From the NCBI GenBank assembly GCA_043821445.1, contig JBDRCT010000033.1:5391-69390 (forward strand): DNA of 64,000 nt, in the 5' to 3' direction. Below are positions 46,721 through 57,518 of the stretch, piece by piece. This stretch comes from Candidatus Omnitrophota bacterium. GTDB taxonomy: Bacteria; Omnitrophota; Omnitrophia; Omnitrophales; Aquincolibacteriaceae. Made by a program: the position numbers and the translations under genes. The number at the start of each line of letters is the position of its first letter. Within the stretch, counting starts at the first letter, position 1. The notes beneath the pieces were generated by a model. The model was not told where the DNA came from. It was given only the letters and a program-made list of their open reading frames with translations, and did no database searches.

Positions 46721-48524
46721 GCTTGAAATTTCCCCATTTTTTTTCTAAAGAATTCCACTCCGCCTCGGCAGCTTCGATCTGGATCTGCAGTTCTTTTAAG
46801 CGCACATTGCGCTCCTTAGAAAAATGAAGCGGGTTCTTCGCCATCTCCTCCAAGACCTTGTTCCGCTCCTCTGTGAAATGCCGCGCACGTCCTTCGGCTT
46901 TTTCCATGCTCTTGCGGAGCTTCGTAAGCTCGACCTTGTGCTCATTCTTCTTAGGCTGCTGAATTTCGACAGGGGGCTTGGAAGCCTTATGGGGGAGAGA
47001 CGCAGACGCGTTGTTTTCATCGCTGTCTTCTTCCTCGCCCCGGGCCACCTGCTCCAGGTGATAAACATAATCCTCATAGCTTCCGGGGTAGTGCAGGATA
47101 CGGCCTTTCTTCACTTCGAGAATGCTTGTCGCCAGAAGATTGACAAAAGTCCGGTCATGGCTGATGAAAAGCACGGTGCCGGAAAAGGCTTTAAGCGCCC
47201 GACCCAAGGCCTCCACCGTTTCGAAATCCAAGTGGTTCGTCGGCTCATCGAGAAGCAGGACATGGCTCTTGGAAAGAAGCAGTCCGGCCAGAACGAGACG
47301 CGCGCGTTCACCGCCGCTTAGAACCTTCACTTTTTTTGAAACGTCATCTCCTTTAAAAAGAAAGCACCCGGCCATGTTCAGCACATCCTGATTGCTGACC
47401 CCTGCCGCGCTTTCGCGCGAAAGATAAGTGTAAATATCATCCTCCGGGTCAAGCACCGCAAAGACATGCTGCGCGTAATAGGCCACTTTGAGCCCGGTTC
47501 CCCAACGAAAACTGCCCCCTTTGGGCGCGAGATCCCCCGCGAGCGTCATGAGAAAGGTCGTCTTCCCCTCACCGTTATTGCCGAGCACCGCGACATGCTT
47601 TCCCCGGTCGATCTCGACTTGGATCTTTCGCGCGATATCTTTTTCCGGATAGCCGATGACAAGATCTTCACAGCTGACCGCCACTCCCGCTTTCGGCTCC
47701 ACAGGCGGGATATGGATCTTAACCGTGCTCATGGGGTGTGCGATCTCGATCGTTTTAAGTTTTGCGAGTTGTTTCATTTTCGACTGTGCACGCGTCGCCG
47801 TGGAAGCCTTCGCCTTGAACCGGTCAATGAAGATCTGGAGTTGTTCCCGTTTCTTGTCGAGACCGCGGTTATAGGCCTGTTTCTGGGCGAGTTGCTCCTC
47901 CTTGAATTCGAAATACTCTTCAATGTCCCCGGGATAAAGGGCAAGCCCTCCGTTCTCGACCTCAAGCGTGTGATCACAGGTCCGCTTCAAGAATTCCCGA
48001 TCGTGGGAGACGACCAGATACCCGCCTTTGAAATCGAGCAGAAAATTTTCTAAAAGGATCAACGTGCTCAAATCTAAATAGTTGCTAGGTTCGTCAAGAA
48101 TCAGGAAATTGGGGTCGCCCAAAAGCATTGCCGCAAGCTTCACGCGCGTCTGAAAACCTCCCGGAAGATTCCGTACGGATTCTTCAAGGATCTCATTTTC
48201 AAGCTGGAACCGCGCGGCGATCTGCCCGCACTCCCAATGCTCGCTCCGCGTGGTGCGCATCAGGAAGTCCACCACCCGCTCCCCGGGCTTGAACGTATCA
48301 TGCTGTTCGAGATAGGAGAGGCGCAACGCAGCGTTGCGCGTGACGGTACCGCTTTCAGCCGATTCGTGTCCGGTGATGATACGGCAAAGCGTGGATTTCC
48401 CGGCCCCGTTGCGGCCGATCACACCGATCTTTTGATCATCTCCGAATGACGCGGTGGCGTTATCGAGGATCGTTACAGCGCCATAGGCCTTGTGCAATTC
48501 ATTGACTTGTAATAAGACGGTCAT
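46707..48524 (-). CDS. ABC-F family ATPase (two ABC domains, no TMD; Uup/YheS/EttA-like)
   Basis: Two Walker A (GRNGAGKST, GNNGEGKTT), two LSGGE signatures, C-terminal coiled-coil. Confidence 0.85.
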   Translation of the reverse strand: MTVLLQVNELHKAYGAVTILDNATASFGDDQKIGVIGRNGAGKSTLCRIITGHESAESGTVTRNAALRLSYLEQHDTFKPGERVVDFLMRTTRSEHWECGQIAARFQLENEILEESVRNLPGGFQTRVKLAAMLLGDPNFLILDEPSNYLDLSTLILLENFLLDFKGGYLVVSHDREFLKRTCDHTLEVENGGLALYPGDIEEYFEFKEEQLAQKQAYNRGLDKKREQLQIFIDRFKAKASTATRAQSKMKQLAKLKTIEIAHPMSTVKIHIPPVEPKAGVAVSCEDLVIGYPEKDIARKIQVEIDRGKHVAVLGNNGEGKTTFLMTLAGDLAPKGGSFRWGTGLKVAYYAQHVFAVLDPEDDIYTYLSRESAAGVSNQDVLNMAGCFLFKGDDVSKKVKVLSGGERARLVLAGLLLSKSHVLLLDEPTNHLDFETVEALGRALKAFSGTVLFISHDRTFVNLLATSILEVKKGRILHYPGSYEDYVYHLEQVARGEEEDSDENNASASLPHKASKPPVEIQQPKKNEHKVELTKLRKSMEKAEGRARHFTEERNKVLEEMAKNPLHFSKERNVRLKELQIQIEAAEAEWNSLEKKWGNFKHEKL

Positions 48525-48542
48525 TGTCTAAGATTCTTTTCC

Positions 48543-48679
48543 ATTAGGGTTGATGATAACCGCCCAATTTCCGCCCAAGTCTTTGTTTTCTTTTAATCAA
48601 TGGCGACTTGGGCGGCACTGATTACCTTCATTTTGAAACAGAATCAAGTGCCGCTACGTAGAAATTGATAGGTGTTGGG
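48543..48679 (-). mobile_element. 137-bp composite repeat element inserted at the pyk/ABC-F junction with a 26-bp flanking direct duplication
   Basis: Contains GCCGCCCAAGTCGCCATTGATTAAAAGAAAACAAAGACTTGGGCGG hairpin (reverse orientation) plus TCCCAACACCTATCAATTT module; flanked by ACGGTCATTGTCTAAGATTCTTTTCC (48517-48542) and ACAGTCATTGTCTAAGATTTTTTTCG (48680-48705). Confidence 0.6.
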
Positions 48680-48683
48680 ACAG

Positions 48684-49703
48684 TCATTGTCTAAGATTTT
48701 TTTCGGTAAATTTAATGATCTGGCTCATCATTTCAACGCATTGAACGGGATAAAGGCCAGCGGCAGATTCGGCGGAAAGCATCACGTAGTCCGTTCCATC
48801 GAGAATTGCGTTCGCCACATCACTGACTTCGGCGCGGGTCGGGATGGGATGTTCCGTCATGCTCTCAAGCATCTGGGTCGCCGTGATCACGAATTTCTTC
48901 GCCTTATTGCATTTCTTAATGATCTTCTTCTGAATCGAGGGCACTTCATAAATCGGAACAGAGATCCCCATATCCCCGCGTGCGACCATGATCCCTTCGC
49001 AAACGCTTATGATTTCATCGATATTTCGGATCCCTTCCCGGTTCTCAATCTTGGCGATCACGTCGCATTCGTGGGAGTGGCTTTTCAGATGAGACCGGAG
49101 ATCTAAAATATCCCTTTTATTCCGTACGAAAGATTGTGCGATATAATCCACTTTATGCTCGATGCAAAAATGAATGTCCTCCCTGTCCTTCCGGGTCAGC
49201 CCCGTGACATCCAATTGCACGCCAGGCATATTGATTCCTTTGCGTTCTTTGATCGCACCTCCAACGATCACGCGAGTCTTGAGATTTTTTTGATCACGAG
49301 CCTCGACTTTGAGGGCAATAAGACCGTCGTCAATGTAGATAAGCTGGCCTGGTTTGATAGGTCGCAAAGAACCCACCCAATCAAAGGGAATATGGGAATT
49401 TTCTCCGACCGTGTTTTCCGTCGTGAGCCAGAGAATCTGCCGCTTCTTGACCTCGACCGGCTTCTGCCCCTTCAGCTCACCAATCCTCATTCGATAACCT
49501 TCGAGATCTCCCAGGATTTGGATGCGGCGGCGATATTTTTTGTTCAGCGCTCTGATGAGACAGATCTTCTCCCGGTGCTCCGCAAGCGTTCCGTGGGAAA
49601 AATTAAGCCGTACCACATCCATTCCCGCACGCATCATCTGCCGCAGGACATTGGCCCGGCTTGAAGCGGGACCCAGCGTGCAAATGATCTTTGTGCTCGT
49701 CAT
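48684..49703 (-). CDS. pyk: pyruvate kinase (short form lacking C-terminal regulatory domain)
   Basis: [14 protein letters not shown]..., [16 protein letters not shown]+/Mg site motifs; 339 aa. Confidence 0.8.
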   Translation of the reverse strand: MTSTKIICTLGPASSRANVLRQMMRAGMDVVRLNFSHGTLAEHREKICLIRALNKKYRRRIQILGDLEGYRMRIGELKGQKPVEVKKRQILWLTTENTVGENSHIPFDWVGSLRPIKPGQLIYIDDGLIALKVEARDQKNLKTRVIVGGAIKERKGINMPGVQLDVTGLTRKDREDIHFCIEHKVDYIAQSFVRNKRDILDLRSHLKSHSHECDVIAKIENREGIRNIDEIISVCEGIMVARGDMGISVPIYEVPSIQKKIIKKCNKAKKFVITATQMLESMTEHPIPTRAEVSDVANAILDGTDYVMLSAESAAGLYPVQCVEMMSQIIKFTEKNLRQ

Positions 49704-49727
49704 GGAGATGCTCCTTGGGTAGAAAAC

Positions 49728-50870
49728 TCAGACGCGGGAAGCAATGATCTTTGCCACGGCATCAGGCGTAATGTCGCCGTGTTCACCAAAAACAGAGTCT
49801 CTCTCTTTGAAGCGTTCACGCACTTTGCGAGCGGCCTCCTTGGCGGAGATCTTGTAGTCGCCAAGACGCGTCGGCATCTTCATGGAATGAAAAAACGTTT
49901 CGGTTTTCAGGATGGCCTCTTTCGCGGTCTTAACATTCCAAATGCGTTGCCCATACTGTTCCAGTTTTTTCTTTTTTGCGGTCAATTTATATTGCCAGAC
50001 CCCCGGAAGAACAATCGCCAGGGTTTCCGCGTGATCAAGCCCGTAAAAAGCGGTCAACTCGTGGGCGATCATGTGTGTCGACCAATCCTGCGGCACGCCG
50101 CAACCGATCAAAGTATTCAACGCAAGCGCCGCGCTCCACATGAATGTCGCGCGGGCCTCATAGTCCTTGGGCTTGTTCAAGGCCAAAGGCGCCACTTCGA
50201 TCAAGGTTTGAAGAAGCGATTCCGCCATCCGGTCCTGGAGCGGAGCATGCGCCGGATATGTCATGTACTGCTCCATCACGTGCACGAACGCGTCCACGAT
50301 CCCATTGCGCACTTGCTTGACGGGTAATGAAAATGTCGTTTCGGGATCCAAGACAGAGAACCGGGGAAACACGTGAGGCGAAAAAAAATAAAGCTTTTCC
50401 CGGGTCGCCCCCCGGGAGATCACAGAATTTCCGTTCACTTCGGAGCCCGTCGCGGGAAGCGTCAACACGGTGCCGATCGGGAGCGCTGTTTTGACATTGG
50501 CGCCGTCTTCCAGAAGAATAGTCCATGGATCTGCTCCGCTGAAGCACGCTGCGGCCGCGATGAATTTCGCGGCGTCCAGGACCGAGCCACCCCCCACCGC
50601 CATGATAAAACCGATCTTTTCCTTTTTAACAACCTCGACGGCTTTAAGGCAGGTTTCATAGAGCGGGTTGGGTTCGACACCGCCGAATTCGGTCACGCGA
50701 TGGCCTTTGAGCGCGGCCTTGACCTGCGTGTAGACGCCGTTCTTTTTGATCGATCCACCGCCATAAAGAAAAAGCACGCCGAGATCTTTGGGAACACGTC
50801 CCGTGATCTCGCGGATCATGCCTTTGCCAAAAAGGACCTCGGTGGGATTTTTGTAAATAAAATTTTGCAT
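49728..50870 (-). CDS. iron-containing (group III) alcohol dehydrogenase, YqhD/butanol-DH-like
   Basis: GGGSVLDAAK NAD(P) motif, His-rich Fe site (HxxxH...H). Confidence 0.85.
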   Translation of the reverse strand: MQNFIYKNPTEVLFGKGMIREITGRVPKDLGVLFLYGGGSIKKNGVYTQVKAALKGHRVTEFGGVEPNPLYETCLKAVEVVKKEKIGFIMAVGGGSVLDAAKFIAAAACFSGADPWTILLEDGANVKTALPIGTVLTLPATGSEVNGNSVISRGATREKLYFFSPHVFPRFSVLDPETTFSLPVKQVRNGIVDAFVHVMEQYMTYPAHAPLQDRMAESLLQTLIEVAPLALNKPKDYEARATFMWSAALALNTLIGCGVPQDWSTHMIAHELTAFYGLDHAETLAIVLPGVWQYKLTAKKKKLEQYGQRIWNVKTAKEAILKTETFFHSMKMPTRLGDYKISAKEAARKVRERFKERDSVFGEHGDITPDAVAKIIASRV

Positions 50871-50956
50871 GAATAGCTCCTATCAAAGTGGACGCAAAGC
50901 CACAAACCATTGCCGGAGGGCTAGCTCAGGATGAGGCACCGCGACAACCCGCCTGT

Positions 50957-52396
50957 TTAATATTTATAATGCTCGGGTTTGTAGGGACCATCGAGAGGAA
51001 CGTCAAGATACTCGGATTGTTTTTTCGTAAGCCTTGTGAGCCGGGCGCCCAGTTTTTCCAAATGGAGCCGGGCCACTTCCTCATCAAGCTTCTTCTCAAG
51101 GCGATAAACGCCGGGCTTTTTAGGGTTCATCACCAGATCGATCTGCGCGAGCGTCTGATTCGTGAAGGAGTTCGACATCACAAAGCTCGGATGGCCCGTG
51201 GCACAGCCAAGGTTCACGAGACGGCCTTCCGCAAGAAGAATGATCGAATGCCCGTCCGGGAAAACATATTTATCGACCTGCGGTTTGATGTTGATCTTTT
51301 TGATGCCCGGCCACTTTTGAAGCTGAGCGACCTGGATCTCATGATCAAAATGTCCGATGTTGCAGACGATAGATTCGTCCTTCATCTTGGACATGTGTTC
51401 GGCGGTGATGACGTCGATATTGCCCGTCGTGGTCACATAGATATCCCCGATATCAAGCACATCCTCCAGTCGCGCGACTTGAAAACCGGCCATTGTCGCC
51501 TGGAGCGCACAGATCGGATCGATCTCGGTCACGATGACGCGAGCTCCGAAACCGTGCATGGCCTGGGCGCTGCCTTTGCCCACGTCCCCGTAGCCTAACA
51601 CCACGGCAACCTTGCCCGCGATCATTACATCGGTCGCTCGTTTGATGCCATCCGCCAGGGATTCGCGGCACCCGTAGAGATTATCAAATTTGGATTTGGT
51701 CACAGAATCGTTCACGTTGATTGCCGGGACCAGAAGTTTCCCCTGTTCCTGCATTTTGTACAGGCGACGAACGCCCGTCGTCGTTTCCTCGGAAACGCCT
51801 TCCCATTCCTTGACCACTCTGTGCCATTTCCTGGGATCGTCCTTCATGACCTTTTTCAGAAGTTTGAAAAGTTCGATCTCGTCCTGAGTGCCGACCTTCT
51901 TGTCGAGGATCTTCGGATCTTTCTCCGCGTCATAACCCAAATGGATCATGAGCGTCGCATCGCCCCCGTCGTCCACGATAAGATTCGGGCCCTTGCCGCC
52001 CGAAAAGTTGAGCGCCTGGAGCGTACACCACCAATATTCTTCCAGAGTCTCTCCTTTCCAAGCGAACACCGGAATGCCCTTCACGGCCAAAGCGGCCGCG
52101 GCATGGTCCTGTGTGGAAAAAATATTACAGGAGCACCAACGAACATCGGCCCCAAGCTCGATCAAAGTCTCGATCAGTACTGCGGTCTGGATCGTCATGT
52201 GGAGACTGCCCATGATCCGCTTGCCCTGAAGAGGTTTCTTGGGCCCGTACTTCTTGCGGGTCGCCATCAGCCCCGGCATTTCTTTCTCGGCCATATCGAG
52301 TTCCTTACGGCCCCAGTCGGCAAGCGAAAGGTCCGCGACCTTGAAATCGTTCTTCACTTTGAAAGCATGGACTTTCTTTTTGCCTTTTTTTGTCAT
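50957..52396 (-). CDS. ahcY: adenosylhomocysteinase
   Basis: SAHH motifs ([16 protein letters not shown]-like N-terminus, [13 protein letters not shown] motif); trimmed to MTKKGKK. Confidence 0.9.
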   Translation of the reverse strand: MTKKGKKKVHAFKVKNDFKVADLSLADWGRKELDMAEKEMPGLMATRKKYGPKKPLQGKRIMGSLHMTIQTAVLIETLIELGADVRWCSCNIFSTQDHAAAALAVKGIPVFAWKGETLEEYWWCTLQALNFSGGKGPNLIVDDGGDATLMIHLGYDAEKDPKILDKKVGTQDEIELFKLLKKVMKDDPRKWHRVVKEWEGVSEETTTGVRRLYKMQEQGKLLVPAINVNDSVTKSKFDNLYGCRESLADGIKRATDVMIAGKVAVVLGYGDVGKGSAQAMHGFGARVIVTEIDPICALQATMAGFQVARLEDVLDIGDIYVTTTGNIDVITAEHMSKMKDESIVCNIGHFDHEIQVAQLQKWPGIKKINIKPQVDKYVFPDGHSIILLAEGRLVNLGCATGHPSFVMSNSFTNQTLAQIDLVMNPKKPGVYRLEKKLDEEVARLHLEKLGARLTRLTKKQSEYLDVPLDGPYKPEHYKY

Positions 52397-52412
52397 GGTC
52401 TTTTCTTCTAAG

Positions 52413-53597
52413 TTAAGCTGCACAGACGACTTTTCTGCAACCACAGTTGTCTTTGAGCTTCAGCGCTTTTCGAAGTTGATCGACCGCATCCGTTTTTTCC
52501 CATGTAAAACCGGCTTCCGAACGGCCAAAATGCCCGTACGCGGCGGTCTTATTGTAGATAGGACGGCGAAGATCCAAGGTCGCGATGATGCCTTTAGGCG
52601 TAAAATCAAAAACTTTCCGGACCGCTTCCACGATCTCTTCGTTGTCGAACTTGCTGGTCCCGAATGTTTCCACGCGGATCGAAACGGGTTCTGCCACGCC
52701 GATCGCGTAGGAAACCTGGATCTCACAACGCTTGGCGATGCCGGCGGCAACGATATTTTTTGCGACATAACGGGCAAAATACGCGGCCGAGCGGTCCACT
52801 TTGGAAGGATCCTTACCGCTGAACGCGCCGCCCCCGTGACGGCCCATGCCGCCATAGGTGTCCACGATGATCTTGCGACCCGTAAGACCTGTGTCTCCAT
52901 GTGGTCCGCCTACCTCGAAACGTCCGGTCGGATTGATGAATATCTTGGTGTTCTTGTCCATCAAGTTGGCCGGGATGACCTTCTTGATGACTTTTTCGGT
53001 CAGGTCCTTGGTGATCGTCGGAAGCGTCACATCCCCATCATGCTGAGAACTAAGCACCACGGCATCCACGCGCACCGGCACATCGCCATCGTATTCCACC
53101 GTAACTTGGCTCTTCGAATCCGGCCGAAGATACTTGATCTTGCCGCTTTTACGAACGGCGGTCAAATAACGGACGAGTTTTTGAGCGAGCATGATCGGAA
53201 GCGGCATAAGTTCTTTTGTCTCATTTGACGCAAACCCGAACATCATGCCTTGGTCCCCGGCGCCGCCCGTATCCACGCCCATCGCGATATCGGGCGACTG
53301 GGTATGGAGCGCAATATCCACCCGGCAGGTCTTATAATCGAAACCGATCTTGGGATCCACATAACCGATCTTCCGGATGATGTTTCGCGCAACTTTTTCG
53401 GCATCGACCTTGGTTTTGCTCGTGATCTCGCCGGCAATGGTCAAGCGGTCAGTCGTGGCCAGACATTCGCAGGCCACGCGCGACGTAGGATCTCCCGCAA
53501 GGTAGGCGTCCAGGATCCCGTCCGAAACCTGGTCGCAAACCTTGTCCGGATGTCCCTCGGAAACAGATTCAGATGTGAAGAAATAATGCCCTTTTTT
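52413..53597 (-). CDS. metK: S-adenosylmethionine synthetase
   Basis: [28 protein letters not shown]-terminus, [19 protein letters not shown] signature; the 510-aa track ORF is a spurious 5' extension through the upstream gene. Confidence 0.9.
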   Translation of the reverse strand, partial: KKGHYFFTSESVSEGHPDKVCDQVSDGILDAYLAGDPTSRVACECLATTDRLTIAGEITSKTKVDAEKVARNIIRKIGYVDPKIGFDYKTCRVDIALHTQSPDIAMGVDTGGAGDQGMMFGFASNETKELMPLPIMLAQKLVRYLTAVRKSGKIKYLRPDSKSQVTVEYDGDVPVRVDAVVLSSQHDGDVTLPTITKDLTEKVIKKVIPANLMDKNTKIFINPTGRFEVGGPHGDTGLTGRKIIVDTYGGMGRHGGGAFSGKDPSKVDRSAAYFARYVAKNIVAAGIAKRCEIQVSYAIGVAEPVSIRVETFGTSKFDNEEIVEAVRKVFDFTPKGIIATLDLRRPIYNKTAAYGHFGRSEAGFTWEKTDAVDQLRKALKLKDNCGCRKVVCAA

Positions 53598-53607
53598 CAT
53601 AGTGGTG

Positions 53608-54366
53608 TTACTCCTTTGGATTTGTTGGGGTATTAACAATGGCGTTGGCTTTCCGATAAGAGTCGAGGTCACCGATATCCAACCATTTTCCCTTAAGAGA
53701 AGAAGCAAAGAGGCCTGACGTTTCAGCCAGCCAACGCATATAATGGCCGGGTTGGTCGGTATTATGGCCGCTTGTGATATACCTGTCAAGCAGGCTCCAA
53801 GTCTCCCGGGGAAGCCAATAGATACCGCTCGAGGCCAGCGTGGTGGCGGGTTGGGGCGGTTTTTCCTGAAATTCCAGGATCTTTCCCTCCTGATCGATCC
53901 TGACAAGACCGTAGCGCTTGGCCAGCTCTTTATCCCCAACATCATAGGCCGCGATCACTCCGTGTGGCCGTTTTTTTATTCCAAAATCAACGAACGATGC
54001 CAGGTCAAAATCGAAGAAATTATCTCCTGCGATCACTAAAAGATCGCAAGGACTGACTTTCTTGATCCTGATCACATAAGCCAGGTCCCCGATGGCCCCA
54101 AGGCGGGTCTCATTACTCATCGTGTGGTCGTTCACGACCTCAAGCGGCCAGGGATATTTCATTTTCGCCGCCCAAGCTTCAAAATGCCCGGCGAATTTTT
54201 GATTGCTCACGAGATAAACGGCCTGAACACCTTGAACTTTTTGGACGCGCTCCAGGATCCATTCCAGAATAGGTTTATCCCCCACTAAAAGCAGAGGCTT
54301 CGGCATATTCTCGGTCAGCGGGTAAAGACGCGTCGCATATCCCGCGCAAAGAACGATGACCTTCAT
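53608..54366 (-). CDS. sugar-phosphate nucleotidyltransferase (NTP_transferase family)
   Basis: [27 protein letters not shown]-x-G-T-R motif. Confidence 0.75.
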   Translation of the reverse strand: MKVIVLCAGYATRLYPLTENMPKPLLLVGDKPILEWILERVQKVQGVQAVYLVSNQKFAGHFEAWAAKMKYPWPLEVVNDHTMSNETRLGAIGDLAYVIRIKKVSPCDLLVIAGDNFFDFDLASFVDFGIKKRPHGVIAAYDVGDKELAKRYGLVRIDQEGKILEFQEKPPQPATTLASSGIYWLPRETWSLLDRYITSGHNTDQPGHYMRWLAETSGLFASSLKGKWLDIGDLDSYRKANAIVNTPTNPKE

Positions 54367-54373
54367 AAGTTCA

Positions 54374-54488
54374 CCCCATTAAAGGCAGGAAGCGCCTGCG
54401 GCACTTCCGTATGCTTCGAAAATCTCATCCGCGTATCTCTCCTTGTTTTCTGCAAACCCAAGAATTCTACCGTTGATTTCTAACGGGG
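54374..54488 (+). mobile_element. degenerate member of the same TIR family (copy 5)
   Basis: Degenerate left end CCCCATTAAAGGCAGGAAGCGCC; right end TTTCTAACGGGG overlapping the stop and C-terminal codons of the PGI/PMI-family gene. Confidence 0.45.
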
Positions 54489-55459
54489 CAGGCCTTTTTG
54501 ATCCGGTCGATTACCTCGACCGACATGGGATCAACCTTGTAGAGCTTTGCCAACTCGCAACTCGTCCAGTCCCCCAGCATGATCATAGAAAAAATCCGGG
54601 CAAGGACCCCCTCGCCTCGGGCCTTGACCTCCACAACCTCGGCACCATGTTCCAGGATCGCCTCCATCGCAACCTTCTTTTTCTTGCGAAGCCACTCCGG
54701 CTCGTTCCGATCCGTCAGAAAAATAGCCGCCGAACGCTTGATCTTGAATTTCGGAAAAATCCAACCTTCGACCTCATGGTGGAACATCTCAGGCAGCGCT
54801 TCGCAAGAAGCAAGCGTCTTTGCGTTCTCAGCGAATTGAGTGCGCCACCGGAGCGCCACGGATTGCATCAACCCTCCACCGTAGATCGCGATATTCTTGT
54901 CGACAAGTTGCTTCGCGAGTTTGCGTGCCTCCATCTCTGGAAAGTGACGGCTCCCGCGAAGCACTTCCCCGATCTCCTTGTCGGAGACTGAGAACCACCG
55001 GCAACGCATAAAAAGAAAAAGAAGCGAAAAAGCCGTGTATCCGATCGTAAAACGCGGCGGGTACCCCTGGGGCAAACGGAAAAACGGGATCTTTCTCTTG
55101 AGAGCCTCCTCCGCGAGCCGTCCCCCGGACGCCACGATAAGAAAATGCGCTTTGCGCGCGACCGCTTGTTCAAAGATCGATTCGACTTCATCCGTATTGC
55201 CGGAGTAGCTTGAAAGGATCACGACAGTTTTAGAATCGACCCATTCGGGAAGCCGCGAGGTCCGGTTCACCGTCCAATGGATGCGCGAACGGCTTTGGGC
55301 AATGGTCCCAAGAATATCTCCACTGATGGCAGAACCGCCCATCCCGCAATAAAGGACCTCCTCAGGCCTTCGGATGAACGAGGACGGAAGGCTGATGCCT
55401 CCGGCGATCACGCGGGCCTTCATGACCTGATTGGCCAAATCCTTCAGATAAACTTCCAT
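54467..55459 (-). CDS. bifunctional phosphoglucose/phosphomannose isomerase-family protein (SIS domains)
   Basis: Tandem SIS domains (CGMGGSAISGD, SYSGNTDE); C-terminal PVRNQR-stop encoded by a repeat terminus (CCCCGTTAGAAATC). Confidence 0.7.
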   Translation of the reverse strand: MEVYLKDLANQVMKARVIAGGISLPSSFIRRPEEVLYCGMGGSAISGDILGTIAQSRSRIHWTVNRTSRLPEWVDSKTVVILSSYSGNTDEVESIFEQAVARKAHFLIVASGGRLAEEALKRKIPFFRLPQGYPPRFTIGYTAFSLLFLFMRCRWFSVSDKEIGEVLRGSRHFPEMEARKLAKQLVDKNIAIYGGGLMQSVALRWRTQFAENAKTLASCEALPEMFHHEVEGWIFPKFKIKRSAAIFLTDRNEPEWLRKKKKVAMEAILEHGAEVVEVKARGEGVLARIFSMIMLGDWTSCELAKLYKVDPMSVEVIDRIKKACPVRNQR

Positions 55460-57222
55460 TATTCGTCGGCAAGCTCCGCGCAAACATTTTTGAGCTTCTC
55501 TTTTAGAAAAGCATAGGACTCTTTACCGGTATGGAACGCGAGGGCCTTTTGGGCGATCTCTTTGGCGTCGGAATAGCGGATCGAACGGATCGCCTTCTTG
55601 ATCTTGGGCAGCATGACAGGACTGGCGCTGATCTCGTCAATCCCAAGCCCCACCAGGAGGATGGCGATCGCCGGATCCGAGGACATTTCTCCGCAGCTTC
55701 CCACCCAAATATTGTGGCCGTGCCCGTTCCGAATCGTCAGGTCGATTAGACGAATGATCGCCGGATGGGTCGGCTCATAAAGATGCGCGATCTTTTCGTT
55801 CATGCGATCGATCGCAAGTACATACTGGATCAAATCGTTCGTCCCGAGGGAAAAGAAATCCACTTCCTTGGCCAATACGTCGCTGGCCAATGCCGCCGAA
55901 GGGATCTCGATCATGGCCCCGACAGGAATGTTCTTGTTGAAAGGAATGCCTTCGTTTTCGAGTTCGGCTTTCGCTTCATTTAATATTTTAAGTGCAGCAC
56001 GGATTTCGTAAACGCCCGTGATCATCGGATACATGATCTTCAAATTTCCTGGGGCACTTGCCCGGAGGATCGCCCGAAGCTGGGTTTTAAAGATATCTGT
56101 GCGCGTCAGACAGAAGCGAATAGCGCGCCAACCCAGATAAGGATTCATCTCGTGGGGGATCTCGAGCGTGGAAGCGAATTTATCGCCTCCAAGATCGAGG
56201 GTGCGAATGATCACCGAATGCGGGTGCATCGCTTGCGCGATATTGCGGTAGGCCTCGTATTGTTCCTGTTCGGTCGGAAGCGTCGCCCGGTTCATGTAAA
56301 AATATTCCGTGCGGAAAAGCCCGACCCCTTCGCCGCCATGAGAAATGACAGACGATGCCTCGTGATGAAATTCGATATTGGCGGCCAGCGCGATGCGTTT
56401 TCCGTCCAGCGTTTCGGCCGGAAGGTCGCGCAACTTATCCAACTCCCCCGTGAGCTGAATAAAACGGTTCCCTTGGGAGTTGAATTTGTCGATGGTCGCT
56501 GGATCGGGATTGATAATCACGACTCCATGCAGCCCATCCACGATGATCGTATCGTCATCCTGAAGTTCATTGACGATCTCTTCAAGTCCCACGACGGCCG
56601 GGATCTCAAGCGAACGCCCGAGGATCGCCGTATGCGATGTCGCCCCGCCGATCTCGGTCATGAACGCCATAACTTTGCTCCGATCAAGTGAAGCCGTATC
56701 CGACGGCGAAAGATCGTGGGAAGCGATGATCACTTTTCCTTGGAATTCCTCTAGGCGTTTTTTTTCTTCGCCACAAAGATTCGCGAGAAGACGTTTGCCC
56801 ACATCGCGGATATCTGAGATGCGCTCTTTGAGGTATTCGTCATTGATCTGGGAAAAGGCCTGAAAGTAGCGCTGGATTACAGCCGCGAAGGCGTATTCCG
56901 CTCCAACCTTTTCGCCCTTGATGACTTCGATCACATCTTCAATCAGGGTCCGGTCTTCGAGAATCAAAAGATGCGCCGTAAAGATATCCGAACTCTCCCG
57001 ACCGATCTGTCCCGAAAGTCTCCGGCGAATGCCGAGAATCTCGGTACGGGTGCGCGTAAGAGCTTCTTCGAACCGGGCGATCTCGTTGGAGATCTGCTCG
57101 GGACCCACGGAACGTTTGGGAAGATTGAAAGAGCCTCCGCTATGCAGGATAAACACCTTCCCGATCGCGATGCCGGGAGATACCCCGATCCCTTGATACT
57201 CTTTCATTATTTTATTCTCCAA
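55459..57222 (-). CDS. ptsI: phosphoenolpyruvate-protein phosphotransferase (PTS Enzyme I)
   Basis: 587 aa; phospho-His region (GGATSHTAILGRSLEIPAVVG), PEP-utilising C-terminal TIM barrel. Confidence 0.9.
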   Translation of the reverse strand: MENKIMKEYQGIGVSPGIAIGKVFILHSGGSFNLPKRSVGPEQISNEIARFEEALTRTRTEILGIRRRLSGQIGRESSDIFTAHLLILEDRTLIEDVIEVIKGEKVGAEYAFAAVIQRYFQAFSQINDEYLKERISDIRDVGKRLLANLCGEEKKRLEEFQGKVIIASHDLSPSDTASLDRSKVMAFMTEIGGATSHTAILGRSLEIPAVVGLEEIVNELQDDDTIIVDGLHGVVIINPDPATIDKFNSQGNRFIQLTGELDKLRDLPAETLDGKRIALAANIEFHHEASSVISHGGEGVGLFRTEYFYMNRATLPTEQEQYEAYRNIAQAMHPHSVIIRTLDLGGDKFASTLEIPHEMNPYLGWRAIRFCLTRTDIFKTQLRAILRASAPGNLKIMYPMITGVYEIRAALKILNEAKAELENEGIPFNKNIPVGAMIEIPSAALASDVLAKEVDFFSLGTNDLIQYVLAIDRMNEKIAHLYEPTHPAIIRLIDLTIRNGHGHNIWVGSCGEMSSDPAIAILLVGLGIDEISASPVMLPKIKKAIRSIRYSDAKEIAQKALAFHTGKESYAFLKEKLKNVCAELADE

Positions 57223-57457
57223 AATTAGATCCTATGAGTTTGGCCAACGTCTCCATGGCCTCCGCGGCGTCCTTGCCGGTCACGCGCACCGTGATCGACG
57301 ATCCCATTTCGGCCGCAAGGGTCATAATGCCCATGATCGATTTACCATCGGTCTGGATATCTTCTTTTTGAACCTCGACCGACGCCTCAAACCGGTTGGC
57401 CGTCTGGACAAAAACGGCGGCGGGCCGGGCGTGAAGGCCCAGTTTGTTGCTGATCAC
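57212..57457 (-). CDS. ptsH: phosphocarrier protein HPr
   Basis: LGLHARPAAVFVQ His-15 region, Ser-46 region (KSIMGIMTLAA); apparent GTG start, preceded by an A10 homopolymer and a repeat element. Confidence 0.8.
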   Translation of the reverse strand: MISNKLGLHARPAAVFVQTANRFEASVEVQKEDIQTDGKSIMGIMTLAAEMGSSITVRVTGKDAAEAMETLAKLIGSNFGE

Positions 57458-57518
57458 AAAAACTCGCTCAATCGATTCTTGTTTGATTTTTTTTTTGTCG
57501 CTTCGGCATGATCTTCCT

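Noticed and set aside
52413-53945. 510-aa version of the metK ORF
   Set aside because: The N-terminal 116 residues are an in-frame extension overlapping the nucleotidyltransferase gene. Conserved MetK begins at [11 protein letters not shown] (53597), preceded by an RBS.
18346-54488. CRISPR array (because of recurring CCCCGTTAGAGA units)
   Set aside because: Copies are dispersed over 36 kb, occur as inverted rather than direct repeats, and are separated by genes. There is no regular repeat-spacer periodicity and there are no cas genes.
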